Source: the human T2T-CHM13v2.0 reference genome, Homo sapiens
DNA: 64,000 nucleotides
NCBI RefSeq assembly: GCF_009914755.1
Contig: NC_060925.1
Reading direction: 5' to 3' (one strand)
Shown piece by piece: positions 1-14,068 of the stretch. The notes under the pieces are model-generated. The model worked only from the letters and a program-made list of their open reading frames with translations. It was not told the DNA's origin and did no database searches. Position 1 is the first letter of the stretch. Each line of letters begins with the position of its first letter. The position numbers and the translations under genes were made by a program.

Positions 1-319
1 TGTGACTTGCCCAAGGCCCCCCTAATAGTTGGTTCTTTGTGTTATATCATCATGCTGTCTCCCTGTCATTGCCAAGACTCAGAACACATTTTTACTGCAT
101 TTTACTAAGGGGAATGCAATAAACAGTGGACTTTCTTCCAAGGAAGAGTCTGTTATAATGCAACTGGCAAAGTGCAAGTCACTGTCATATTAAGAATGAA
201 GAATGTGTCTAAAAACTTATTTTTTAAAAGGCCAGAGACAGGTCAAAAGTAGTGAATTTTGGGACATGGATTAAAGAAGTTTAGCCATTACCAACTCAAA
301 TGGCATGGCCCTCTGCCAG

Positions 320-505
320 TTACCAAGTATTTTCATTATCACTTTTGATCTTATCATCACAATTTATCTGTGAGGACACATGACATTATCCTCACTTGAA
401 AGATGAAGTAGCTGAAATACAGAAAAGAGAAATGATGTACTCAGAGTACCTCAGCTAACAGGTGGAAGTGCCAGCATTAGAACAAAGATCTGTCTGACTC
501 CAAGT
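320..505 (-). mobile_element. MIR SINE
   Basis: attatcctcacttgaaagatgaagtagctgaaatacaga...ctcagctaacaggtggaagtgccagcattagaacaaagatctgtctgactcca resembles the MIR core. Confidence 0.65.
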
Positions 506-1064
506 ATACAGAGGACAGGAGAATCTATGGGCCATTTACCAAATACTTAGTCTAGGCATTGGTAACCTTTACATCCAATCATCTCTCCAATCTTCCCCTG
601 CCTGGTGGTATTTCTATCATCTCATTTTAAAGACTACAACACCCTTAATTATTCTTCTGGCTTTGGTCTTCATTCCATGTTAATTCATCTTTCCAGGTTA
701 ACAGTGAGATATAACAGAAAGAATCACTACCGTCACATTTAAGTGCCAGCTCTGCCACTGCTTGGCTACGTGATCTTGGTTAAAACACTTAATTTGCAGT
801 TTCAGTTTTGAAGCTATAAAATGGAGATAATATCTGCCTGGTATAAAAGGTTTTGGACATGAGTTTGAAATCTGCTTCTTTGAGCTTTTGATTTCTTAAC
901 TGTAAAGTAAGGATACTCCAATCTCATAGGGTTGTTGTAAGAATTCAATTACATGATACCTGTAAAGTTCCTAGCACTTTAACATATAATGGGAACATAC
1001 AAGGGGAACTCAATAAGTAGAAGAGAGCATTATTATTATTTCACAGGCTGTTTGTTAATTTGCA

Positions 1065-2190
1065 TCATTCATTCATTCATTCAACAGGTATTTACTGAGC
1101 GTCAGTTAGGTTTCAGGTACTGTCCTAGGTGCCAGGAATGTATTAGTTAACAAATAAAGTTCTTGCCCTCTAAGAACTTTTATTCTAGTAGCAGGGAGAC
1201 AGTAAACAACTATATACCTATTATGTCAGATAGTGAACAGTTCAGTGGAGAAAAAGAGAGCAGGATAAGAGGAATAGGGGTTGTCAGTCTGGCAGGGTGG
1301 GGAAGGTAGGGCAGAGAGGGCAGGGAAGGAAGACTATTATTTTATATGGGTTGGTCAGCAAAGGCCTCAATAAAAAGGCAGTATTTGAGCAGCTACCTGA
1401 AGGAAGTGAGAGCATGAGCACTATCTAGAGGAAGACTATTTCAGTAGAAGAAAGTGCAAATGCAAGGCCCTGAAGTAGGAACATGTTTCATGGTGTTGTA
1501 CAAATAGCAAAGATGCCAAGGTAAATGGAAATGACTGAGTGGGAGAGGGGTCAGAGAAATGCCAGCAAGTTAGATCGAGAAAGGCCTTTCACTCTGAACT
1601 GATGGGGAGCTATTACAGGGTTCGAAAAGAGAAGTGACGTGATTTGCCTTATTAAAAAAAAATCGCTGTCTTTTTTGAAAACAAGATTGAAGGGGATCAC
1701 AGATGGAGGCAGAGGCCAGTAGGATATCATTATAATAATTTGAATAAGAGATTATAGTGGCTTCGGCTAGGGTTCAGTTGTAGAGGTAGTGAGAAGTAGA
1801 TTCTGGGTATACTTTGAAAGTAAAACCAACAGATTTTGCTTATGAGTTGGAGAAAGGAGAGAAAGAGGAGTCAAGGATAACAGTAAGGTTTCTTGCCTGA
1901 ACAAAAAGAATGAAGCTGCCATTTAATCAGATAAGGAAGACTATGGGAGGAGCAGGTTTTTAGGGGACAGTAGGAATCAGGAATTAAGTTCTGACTGTTT
2001 CATGTGAGACGCCTACTGGATGCAAAGTGGAGATACTGAGTAGATCGTTGTATGTAGAAATGTTTGGAGTTGAGGAGAGAATTTAGACTGGATATATATA
2101 TTTGTGAGTTGTAACTGTGTATATCACATTTATTGCCACAAGACTGGATGAGAGCGCTTAGATAATGCCAGTATAAAGAGATCAAAGGAC
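1065..2190 (-). mobile_element. L2 LINE 3' fragment
   Basis: Starts with (TCAT)n-caacaggtatttactgagc (reverse complement of the L2 3' end), followed by typical L2 body (gagtcaaggataac...aggtttcttgcctgaaca). Confidence 0.85.
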
Positions 2191-2857
2191 TGACATTTAT
2201 TGAGCACCTGCTATGTGCCAGGTAATGTAAATCTGTAAATTATGGAATAATGTATGGGTAGTTATTCTTACTGTAATGATAATAATGGATGACTACATCA
2301 TTCTGTAACTCAACAAATTTTATGTGGAATAAAGCCAAGCTCCTTCGCCTGGTATTCCAGTTTTATATATCCTGTCCCCAAACCCCCTTCAGCCTTTTCT
2401 CAGGACTTTATTAGACAAAGCCCCCTCATTTCAGCCAGTCTGGTCTACACTCTACCATATAGACATGGCTTTGTGCTTTTCAACATTAGACCTTTTTCCT
2501 CAAGCTGCCCTAGCTGGTGGAGAATGTTCTCCTCATAACAATCTACCAAAAAATCCTATCTATCTCAGTTTTGTTCAACTGCTATCTCTTTTACACAATC
2601 TCTCTTGGTTACCCACGCCAGCAGGGATCTATTGCCCCTTTTGCTTGACTATTCTTTGGACCCACTGCATGAACTGCAGTATGAGGACTGTTTGTATGAG
2701 AGGCTGAAATATTCTTAAATGTGGGACCATGACTTATTCCTTGGCACTAAGCAGAGTGGCTGGCAAAATAAAACTGTATTGGATAAACAGGGTGTGAAAT
2801 ACAACTAAGAGTATATTTTACCAGCATCTGGCAGTGACCCAGAAATAGGAATTATAA

Positions 2858-3224
<367 letters not shown>

Positions 3225-3538
3225 TTGAAAGTATTTTTCTAGATGATAATCCACCTGACTGATTTATTTCTTATTTGGCTCAGGAAGCATGATGGCATAA
3301 GGATTAAGAACACAGGCTCCGCAGTCATATACCTAAGGTTTATATCTAGTTTTGATATTTACTATGACACTGGGCAAGTTACCTAACCTCTTTTGTGCCT
3401 CAGTTTCCCTATTCCAAAGCAGGGATTGAGTATTTTAAACGTTCTCACCTTTTAAAAAAAGCAGGTGAGGTGACAGATGTGCTAATTAGCTTGATTTACT
3501 CTTTCTACAATGAATACATATATCAAAATATCACATTG

Positions 3539-3846
3539 CACCAGGCACAGTGGCTCATGCCTGTAATCCTAGCACTTTGGATAGCCAAAGTAGGCAGATC
3601 ATCTGAGCCCAGGAGTTCGAGACTAGTCTGGGCAACATGGCAAAATCCCATTTCTATAAAAAATACAAAAATTAGTTGGGTGTGGTGTCATGCACCTGTG
3701 GTCCCAGCTACTCGGGAGGGTGAGGTGGGAGGATCACTTGAGCACAGGAGGCTGGGGCTGCAGTGAGCTATAATTGTGTCACTGCACTCCAGCCTGTATG
3801 ACAGAGTGAGACTCTGTCTCAAACAACAACAACAACAACAACAAAA
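3539..3846 (+). mobile_element. AluJ with (CAA)n tail inserted in an L1MA 3' fragment (~3420-3900)
   Basis: Alu dimer flanked by repeated atcacattg; the L1MA 3'-end motif (atcacattgtaccccataa) resumes after it. Confidence 0.9.
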
Positions 3847-3890
3847 CTGCATCACATTGTACCCCATAACAATATAAAATTATTATATGA

Positions 3891-4507
<617 letters not shown>

Positions 4508-7439
4508 AACAATTAAAATTTAAAAAATTTAAAACTTACAATTTAGAAAATAAATTTCTTAAACAAAATGAATAACCTAAAGAAATATAAACTGCCCTTG
4601 CTAGTATTTTTCCCTTTAATTAGGTTGCTGTTGTGTCAGATTAGAGTTTCATATATAGACCTATTTAAGCAGCAGCTGTATTATTCTTTTAAACCTTTTG
4701 CTATTTACTTTTTTTTGAATGTTGTAAATATTATGTAAACAGTTTTTATCAAATGACTTCTACCTAAAAATTCAGGTGTCCTGTCAAATAATCCAGGACC
4801 AGTTTTCTTTACAACAAAACTTTTGAAAATAAGCCAATCAAGAGGCCTGGGCTGCAGTCCTCAGTGGTCATTAATTAATTGAATGTACACTCTCAAGCAA
4901 GTAATTTCATGTCAAGACCTCATGTTCCCCATCTGCTGAATGATATTAACACCACACCTGTCTTGGTATCCCCCAAAGCTGACAGAAGAGGAGTGGGATA
5001 ATTCTGTGAATGTATTTTGTACCTTAGTGAGGTCTCTTGTTTCTTTCAGTCAAGCAGTTTATTGTGGTTTAATGATGAGATGCATGTGCTGAGGAGGTAA
5101 TCAGAAGAAGTGAGAAAAGGAGACGGTGTGAAATTTTGAAGATTTTATATGCCATGGTAAGGAGTTTGGACTTTTTCTGCAGGCCATTAGAACCCACTGG
5201 AGGCTTTTAAGCAGGAGAGAGACAGAGATCATCAAAGCCGTTTAAAAAAATCACTCAAGAGACAGTGGGGAGCATAGACGTGGGGAGGCAAAACTGGAGG
5301 CAGGGAGATGAATTAGGAAGCCATAGGTTTAATTTGGGCTATGACGACTTGGGCAGTGGTATAGAGGGAAAGAGAAGAAAAGAACAGATTTGAGAGAAGT
5401 TTAGAGGCAAAATTAATGTTGCGACCATCTAGATACTAGTTGTGTTCCATTACACAATCATAGTTCTTTTTATCTGAATCTTGATTATTTAGGGATACTG
5501 AAAAATTTCAAATAACCAGATATAGTGACATAAAATAACTGAGGGGAATGGAACAAGCTCAGCAGTAGTACCTTTAACATGTATTTCACCAATTAGATGC
5601 TTCATCTTGGCTTATTTTGAGAACAAAGCTTTTAAGATACAGTCATTCAATTGCATTAAAGTTTTTCCTTCTGGCTCTTGTTTTTTAAAAAAATAAAACT
5701 TAGTCTAATATAAATTGAAAATCAATCCCACTGCAATATTAGAGGTATTACCATAGGAAGGTTTTTGTAGTACAAAATATTTTAAAATACTGGTGCTTGC
5801 AGCTGCAATTTATTGCATTTACTAGGTGGTCTCTAATGTTGATTTTTCTAGTTCTATGACTCTAATTTTAAAATGGAACTCTATAATTTATTAACAGTTT
5901 TTAAAAGGACTCAATAATCTCAAAAAGCAATGGTCATAAGAAAACTTGGATGTCAGTATCAGCTCTGCTTTTATAATTGTTCAAGTGACTTAAGTGCTTA
6001 ATTTTACCTCCCTTGATTCTCCCACCAGTAAAGTGGCAGCATTGGCCTTCATATCTCTGAGATCCTTTGCAAATATCAGATATTAAGATTTCAATGATAT
6101 ATTCTTAAGCCTGGGTTACAGCTAGATATTTGTAACTCAAATTTGATATCCATCACTGTTCTAGAGAAAGAATTCACTGCTGCCACATTTTCTTTAACTG
6201 TAAGCCCTTCCTACCTCTTCTGCTTCTCTCTATTTAGTATTATTACAGCAGATACTGTTTTATGTGCTATGAATATAGTAATTTATATTCACTTAATATA
6301 ACGCTTACCACAACCCTGTCAGATATTATCATTTCTCTTTCAAAGATGCAGAAATAAAAGTTCAGCAGGGTCAAGTAAGTTGTCCAATGTTCAGTATGAT
6401 GGAGTGGGATTCACATGCAAGACTAACTACCACTGAACCATTTACTTCTGACTTTGCTATTCTGCTTCCACTCACTGAACATCTCTCTGAGCAAGGCTCA
6501 GGTAAAATTAACTTCCTTTATAATACTTTCCGTTATCACAGCCTGCTGAAATTACTTATCCTTCTAACTGTGGGTATAATTTGCAATGCAATTTGTTTTG
6601 GATGTGTGTTTTTACTATAACGTGAACTCTTCAAGGTCAGTAACAATTTTTTTAAAATTTCTGTATCACCAGCACCTGGTATGAAGGCTGAAACAAGAGC
6701 GGTTGCACAGCAAATGTTTTGCTATAATGAGAGAATACATGAATTAAATGCGAATTAAACTGCTTCTATCTCCTTATGGTGGCAAATAGTATCCATGTGT
6801 TATCGATGAAGTCAAGTCAAACTTCATCTAGATGTAGCTTCTGGATTCAGACTGTAAATTCTACAAGGGTGAGATCTATGCCATTGTTTTTCTTCACTGT
6901 GTTTGCAGTGTTTAGCTTGGTGCTTAGCATAATAAAAGTGGATGGGTGACAGAGGAAGGAATTTGTATACCCCAAATTTGAAAGGCTTTTCCCCCAGTAC
7001 ATTTAAACAAAACTTTACTGAAGGTCTACTCTAGGAAAACCATGCTGGAGCTTGATTATACTCATTCTCCTGTTCCTTTAAGTCTTAGAGGGAGAAACAA
7101 AAATTATGAGTTATAGTTACAGAGATAAAAACCTAGAAAGCTGGGGCAAAATATAAATTCCCTCATTACTTTGTTTTAGATATAAAATATAAGAAAACAG
7201 TTTATTCCTGAATGCATGTCTGTCTGTTTGGGGATTCATATCTATAGATCTAGAAAAAGGCACGTTCCCTAGGCTAGAACAGGGGCTGTGTCATTATATC
7301 AGTGGCAATACATATGGGCTATCAGTGGACTCTTAGAGTTCATCTGCCATTCCTCATCCTCCTTTCCTAGTGCTTTCCAGTCATTTTATAAATTGAAAGA
7401 TCTCACTTTCCAATTGTAGACAGAGCTCCTCTGAGGGAT

Positions 7440-7645
7440 GTGGATATGGGTAGGCAAAAAATGGAAAAAGAGTAGGCAGAAAGAAGAGTTGTGGGATAAA
7501 GAAATAAGGAGAAGGGAAGAATGGAAAGATGGAGGAGAAGATAAAACAGGTAAAATAGGATTGGAAAAAAGGGAAGGGGTAGAAAAGGAAAGAGGAGAGA
7601 AAACGGAAGATAAGGAAGTGGCACAGAGGAGGAAGGCTGGGGGAT
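7440..7645 (+). repeat. GA-rich low-complexity purine tract
   Basis: About 200 bp strongly enriched in A/G on the + strand; source of the spurious F/S/P-rich and K/E/G-rich ORFs. Confidence 0.8.
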
Positions 7646-7976
7646 ACTGACAACCTCTTACCAAGTGGCATGAGTGATAATCAGCTTTTCTGGGAAGGGC
7701 CTATGTTTGGGCTACCGTAGGTCTGGAGGGGAGCTGGGGGAGCTGGCAGCAATCCCTTACTCTAACTCAGAGACAGGAGTTGGCCTATAGGAGGAGTAGT
7801 GGGGTGAGTGTCATTACTCAGCTTTTAGGACTCAACTACCTCATTTCCAAGGCAATGCCCAAGTAAGGCAAATGGGCCACTGATGTACATACGGCTCTAA
7901 CATGTCCAGGAGGTAGAGCTCTGGAAATAAATACTATTCCTTCTCTTAGTAACTGTTATTAGCAAAATTGGGGAAA

Positions 7977-7980
<4 letters not shown>

Positions 7981-8028
<48 letters not shown>
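7981..8028. repeat. (AC)24 microsatellite
   Basis: Perfect dinucleotide run read directly. Confidence 0.98.
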
Positions 8029-8032
<4 letters not shown>

Positions 8033-9519
8033 CCCAAAACCAAGTAACTCAATGCTTCCACAACTTGAATCAGTTTTCTGGGGAAGGCCTATGTCTGCGG
8101 CTATTTTGGTTGTCCTACAGTGCTCAGTTCAGGGAATTATGCTCAGCAGACATTTAGTAAATGGTTAGACAGCTCGGAAATCTTAACATGAAGTATTGTT
8201 TTGGTTGGGGGCGGGTGGCAGGCATGGGAGGTACAGAAGAACACTTACCAGGTCCTCTGCTGAGAAACCAGTCTCTGCTTTGTGGAGAAAAGGCTGAAGA
8301 CACAATTAAGACTCCTAGAGTTAAGGCTTATATTATTTGTTATTAAAGAGGCAAGGCCTTAAGATGTGCTTTTTAACAGTCTTTAGTTTGGCTGTAATTT
8401 AAGATGACTTTTACAAATTAGATCCTAATCCTTGCAGACACAGATGGCTGTTACAGAATAGCCTTGCAAAAACACTAGTCATTTGACTTGAAAGAGAATT
8501 CAGAGAAGAATGAAGGGCCTTTAACTCTCACCCCACCCCTGGCTCTAGGAGGCCTAAAGAGTCCTGGGTGGGCTTTCTTAGTTTAGGTCTGGAATCTGGG
8601 TGGGCCTAGAGCATCTGTTCTCATTTGGACCAGCCTCTGTTCATTCTGGAACCAGAGATTAGGGGAGCCTGAGGTTATTAACATTCAACAACAGTTACTG
8701 ATGCTTATATATGAAGCACTATGCTGGCAACCACAGGGAGATAGTAGCAGGCCCAAGAACACTCTACATTTCACATCACATTTCCCCAGTTTCCTTTCAA
8801 CAGCAACTTTCCACAGTCCAGAGTTTTACCCTGTGGAAAGAGGTTCTTAATAATGATCAAAAAGCCTAGCTCCTTTTAAGATATTTTCACCCCATCCCTG
8901 TCAGTAATAAGCTTTAAAAATTAATTTGAAAGAAAATAAAGTTTAATTTTAAAATGCAAAGTCCTTAAACTCTATTTCTTTCAGTACTTCCATTTTTAAA
9001 GATGAGACCCGTTCAGAAAGGGAGTGACTTAAAACTAAGGGTTGGGAAGGGCAAACTTAGCTCCTAAGTTTTTTAAGTTCTCTGAGGTGAGATTTTCATC
9101 ACAGAACATAAAGTATGAGAACAAGGCTGATCTTGAACACTTTGATAATGGTTCTTTGTTAAATGTTCACACACTGAGAGTTCAACTTCAGTGACAGAAG
9201 TTAAGGTAGTTTTCATACTTGGCTGTGTGGTAAGAACATATGCAGGCATGTGTTCCCTTGTGCATGTTTGTGTGCCTTATATACAAATAAAGGGGATGAC
9301 CTTGGAGCAGTAGGCAGGGCCAGTGAGAAAAGGAACAATAGTCAGCACCTGGGATCCACTACAGTCTCCTGGGCTTAGAAATAAGTGGCAAGATCCTCAT
9401 TCCACCCAGAGGGGATATTACTAGTTTCTGTCTCTATCCTGCAAACCTGACAGCCAATGTGAGGGACTTAGATGTACCTTAATGAAACTCTGGGTTTTGG
9501 TATGCTAGGTTACTATACC

Positions 9520-10720
9520 TAGATCACAATGGAATCACAGAAGATTTATTGTATATTTCAGAGCTAAGCAAGTCCAAGTCCCATTCCATATAAAGCAGGA
9601 ATACCAGAGATGAATCCCTCTCCATATATATATCTGTTATTACTGAAAAGAGTAGTATTTGGTAATCTCCAATGATAGGAAAATTAACACTTCACGACAC
9701 AAGATATTCCTTTCTTAGAAAATGCTTTGTTACACTATGCCAAATTTGTCTCGTGTAACTTTCAACTCATTGGTCCCAGTTCTGCCCCTGCAGCCTCAAA
9801 AAATCAGATCCCTCTTTTACAAGGCACGCCTTCAAGTAGCTGAAGACAACAATCACATCTCTCATGGTCCTTCCTTCTTTAGAGGTAATGTTCCTTAAAT
9901 GACATGATTTCCAGCTCCCTCACCTTCCTACCAGCCCTGCTCCAGACATGCTCCTATTTCTTCAGGCTTCGTTTTTCAGCATGAAGCCTAAAGACTATTT
10001 CAGGGGTAGTTTGTTTTTTTTTTAAATTTTTTATTTCCATGGGTTTTTGGGGAACAGGTATTTGGTTACATGAGTAAGTTCTTTAGTGGTGATTTGTGAG
10101 ATTTTGGTGTACCCATCACCCAGTGGGTAGTTTATCTTAGTGCAGAGTTAAACAGGACCATTAAGTTAATCTCTGGTTGGGATTACACCTCTAAAACAGG
10201 AGCTAGCTTTTTTGTTGGCAGCCACAACGCGTTATTAACGTGTATTCAGCTTAATTCGACCATAACCTCTACTAAAGGAATCTATTTCTACACATTTCTG
10301 TGAAATTTCTGCAGCTTCATTTTGTGTAAGTTTCAGTATTTTAAGTTTTTCTTGAATCTTATTTTTCATAATCTATAAATCTGATAAAGTCTTCATTTAG
10401 GTTGCCAACAAATATGGTAAGTAATAAAAGATTAAATACAGAGCCTCTTGGTTCCCTACAAGGAAATGGTGGTTAACATTTTTTGGACACAACCATTTAA
10501 TCAGCAATGAATCTAACACATCTATATCTCTCTACTTTGCCCCAGAATACTATGAGAGACTATCAAATATTGTGCTGTAATGCAAGCACACAGTGAATAC
10601 AGGTCACCCTCTGTAACTTCCCAGGGTAGTAAGACTATCAAATCACAAAACACTGTTTGTTTTGCATGACTCATTCTTAGTGAACCTACATTCATTGACC
10701 CTGATATCTAACTGTTAAGC
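9520..10720 (-). mobile_element. CR1/L3 LINE remnant
   Basis: Motifs such as ctcattggtcccagttctgccc, ccttcaagtagctgaagaca, ctatgagagactatcaaat and ttgcatgactcattcttagtgaac resemble the L3 consensus. Confidence 0.7.
10013..10124 (-). mobile_element. Very short L1P (L1PB-like) 3' fragment with TSD
   Basis: Poly(T) then ttatttccatgggtttttggggaacagg...gtacccatcaccc; gggtagttt repeated at 10004-10012 and 10125-10133. Confidence 0.8.
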
Positions 10721-11069
10721 TGTTAAACATACAATTCTCAGGTATATTCTGAGGGCTACAGATATATCTCATTTGAGGAATACAGATGAGACATCAGCAA
10801 AGACTGGAATGCTGGAATAGGGAAAACAGCTAGGAAGGAAGATCTAGTACCTAATTTCTTACATAGGCTACTGGGTACATATCTGCTGGCCTGGGAAGCC
10901 ATACTTTCTCCAAAAGCTAAGGAGAGAATGGTGTGCAGAACAAAGAAGGACTCCTGTTTGTCTTGTAGTTGCCTGCACCATGGGACTTTTCTTGAACTAC
11001 TTTGTTCAGCTTTAATGATGGCACATCTCCCACCTGGATATACTTCCTGAGATAGGTATGGGAACTTAC

Positions 11070-11285
11070 GTCTCTCCTAGGAAAGGTGCTCAGTAACTTG
11101 TACTCATCCCATGGAAATCCTTTGGAAGCTACAAAATCAAAGACAATCTGGAGCTTGTTGCTGGCCAGGAAACGCCGCTCCAAGAACTCGCCACTGGGGG
11201 TCCGGATCCGCAGTTTGCTCACAGGCTCAGCATTTTCTTCCTTTGGCTCAGGAGGCAGGGCTTGCTCTAAGGACAGCCGGATGGC
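11070..11285 (-). CDS. FAF1: FAF1 penultimate coding exon (216 nt), most of the UBX domain AIRLSLEQALPPEPKEENAEPVSKLRIRTPSGEFLERRFLASNKLQIVFDFVASKGFPWDEYKLLSTFPRRD
   Basis: ctctccctag|GCC ATC CGG...AGG AGA GAC|gtaagt; 72 codons, phase 0/0; contains the UBX R...FPR p97-binding signature; overlaps ORF-track entry 10917..11222. Confidence 0.97.
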
Positions 11286-11749
11286 CTAGGGAGAGCAAAA
11301 ACCAGGTGTTAAAATGTGAGAAGGACTGGACTATGGAGAGTGGGGAGGAAGACACCAGAAAAAAAGCTGCTGTTTTCTAGAAATTCATTGAAAAGTCACT
11401 GCCCTATTTATTAGCCAAGCCAAATGCTTGAACAATAGAATAATGTATTTTTCATTTTCTTAATATTAGTCCAATAGGCAAGTAATTAAAATAAATTCCA
11501 CCTTGATGACACATATTATTAAATATATAGGAAACTACACAGAAAAGGCATTTTTTTAACTGAAGGGCTCAGATATTTGTGATCAAAGACATTCATATCA
11601 AATACCCAATTGATACCTTTCTAGGGTATGAATTAAAGCTATTAGATGCATTCAGAAAAGACACACACAAACAGAGATATATTTATATTTGAGAAATACA
11701 AGTAGAAGTAACTGCAGAATACTGGATTATTATGTTTATGTCAAAATGG

Positions 11750-11905
11750 AATGAGGAAATTCTGTTTAGGGTGATGAAACATTTTGGAAATAGTGGTGGT
11801 GGTTGGACAATACTGTGAATATAATCAATGCCACTGAATTGTATACTTAAGAATGGCAAGTTACTGTATATATATTTTGCCACAATAAAAGAAAAGTTTT
11901 AAAAA
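11750..11905 (+). mobile_element. L1MB 3' end fragment
   Basis: aatgccactgaattgtatacttaagaatgg...attttgccacaataaaa. Confidence 0.8.
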
Positions 11906-13737
11906 ATGGAAAGAACTTCAAATATCAGGTTTATTGGCAGAAGGAGACCACAGTCCTAGTTCTGGCTTTGCCACTAACTCGCTATGGGATTTGGCCAAAT
12001 CTTAGTGGTTGATTTCTGGACCTACAGATGGACCAAACCCTTCATTTGACTTAAGCAGGTGAAGCAAACTGTTGGAAGGTCTCATGGCTAGCGTGGGCTT
12101 GAATCCAGGTTTTAGTATTACATTGTTTCACATGTGACATTCCATTAGAAGGAGATTGTCTCTGAGGTCCCTAACAACATTGGAATCTATAAAAATCACT
12201 AAAACCTTTTTTGTCTAGAACCCTGAGAAAGACTTCATGTTAGAATCCATGAAATTCATCTAAAGCAGTGCTCTGATGAAATTCACAGCCTTAACATTCG
12301 TATGCCATTATAAATTAAAGAATAAAAATAAGTGAATTAAGAATTAGATTTTAAAAGCTAAATTATCAGTGTCTGGTAATAAAAAAATTTAAAAGCTAGT
12401 GAAAAAAAACCAATAAAATAAGTGGAAGGAAAGCTGAGAATAACAGTATAAAGAAATAATTTAGAAAAAAAAGAAATATATAACTAGTCAGCTTATAAGC
12501 TGGTTCTTTGGAGGTAATAAACTTACACAAATAAAAAGAAACAAAAATGGTAACCTACAGAGGGTAGGGGAAACAAGGTGGAAGAGGTGACATCTGGTGT
12601 TTTCTGCATATGCCTTTCTATTTTGACCTATGCAAATTATCTGTTAAAAAATGTTTAACCAACAGAAAAAGTTTGCTCAGACACAAGTATGGATAAGAAA
12701 TTAGGTAATGTGTGTCACGCAGGTGAATTTGGTTGGTTCTAATACTGAACTATTTTTTTTAAATCATTCAAAATTTCTGCAATGTATAGACAAAGCTAGT
12801 CTAGCCTATGACTGAGGTTACTTTCCTTCTGGAGGCACTGAATAACCACCTACCTTATAGGGGATTACAGAGATGGGAATTATATAGACCATATATATAT
12901 AAAATTTTCAGTATGGCATCTGACACATAATAGGCTTCAGTGATAGCTGCTTTTCTTATAATGAAGAGATCTGCACAGAATATCAGATCTGGAAGGGGCT
13001 GCATTTGTCAAACAGCCCAATACTCTCATTTTTTATATGGGGAAATTGATGCCCAGAAATGGAGACATAAGAAATACAGTTAAAAATATATTTTTGCTTT
13101 TTTTTCAGTCACTTTTGCCCTTTTTTCTGATAGCATGAGTAGCAGTTTACCTGATATTGGTGTTCTGCGACAGCAATGAGTTTCAGCTGAGTATTTCCAA
13201 ATATTAAACTATTTTAGTAACATTATCATATATTAGTAACCCAGTGAATGGATTAACATCTGTGTATATCAAAATTAAATGCTAGTTGATATGTCAATTA
13301 CAGCATTCACTATTTAGTACCATAGTTATTTATTTAATGCCTGGCCTTCTTACTAGCCTGCAAGCTCCATAATGGCATGGGAGCATGTATTACTTCTCAT
13401 TCCAAATACAGTGCATAGCACAAAGTAGATGCTCAATATGCACTTGGAAGGGAAGGAATAAACTAACATGCTAACTGAAATAATATATGTAAAAGTGCTT
13501 AGTATGATTGTAGGCACGTACTAGGTGTTCAATAAATGCTAGAAGAATATGAATCTCATAGCCTCTACTTCTAGTAACTAAGAATTAAACATCTTCTCCT
13601 TTCTCTGAGGTATGACTCCTCCTTGCACTAACTGTTCAGATTAATTTTCCACATGTGTCCCTTAAAGGGAAACCATGAGTTGCTTGTAAGTATAAACCTC
13701 TGTGGATTAGAGTTATATACATTTTCTAAACTGTTAA

Positions 13738-14068
<331 letters not shown>

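Noticed and set aside
10917-11222. 101-aa ORF as a stand-alone UBX mini-gene
   Set aside because: It starts at an internal GTG (Val) codon within the FAF1 exon and runs through a canonical donor; it is exon plus intron, treated only as a possible read-through isoform.
11086-11380. Plus-strand ORFs overlapping the UBX exon
   Set aside because: Antisense shadows of a GC-richer coding exon; no independent homology recognised.
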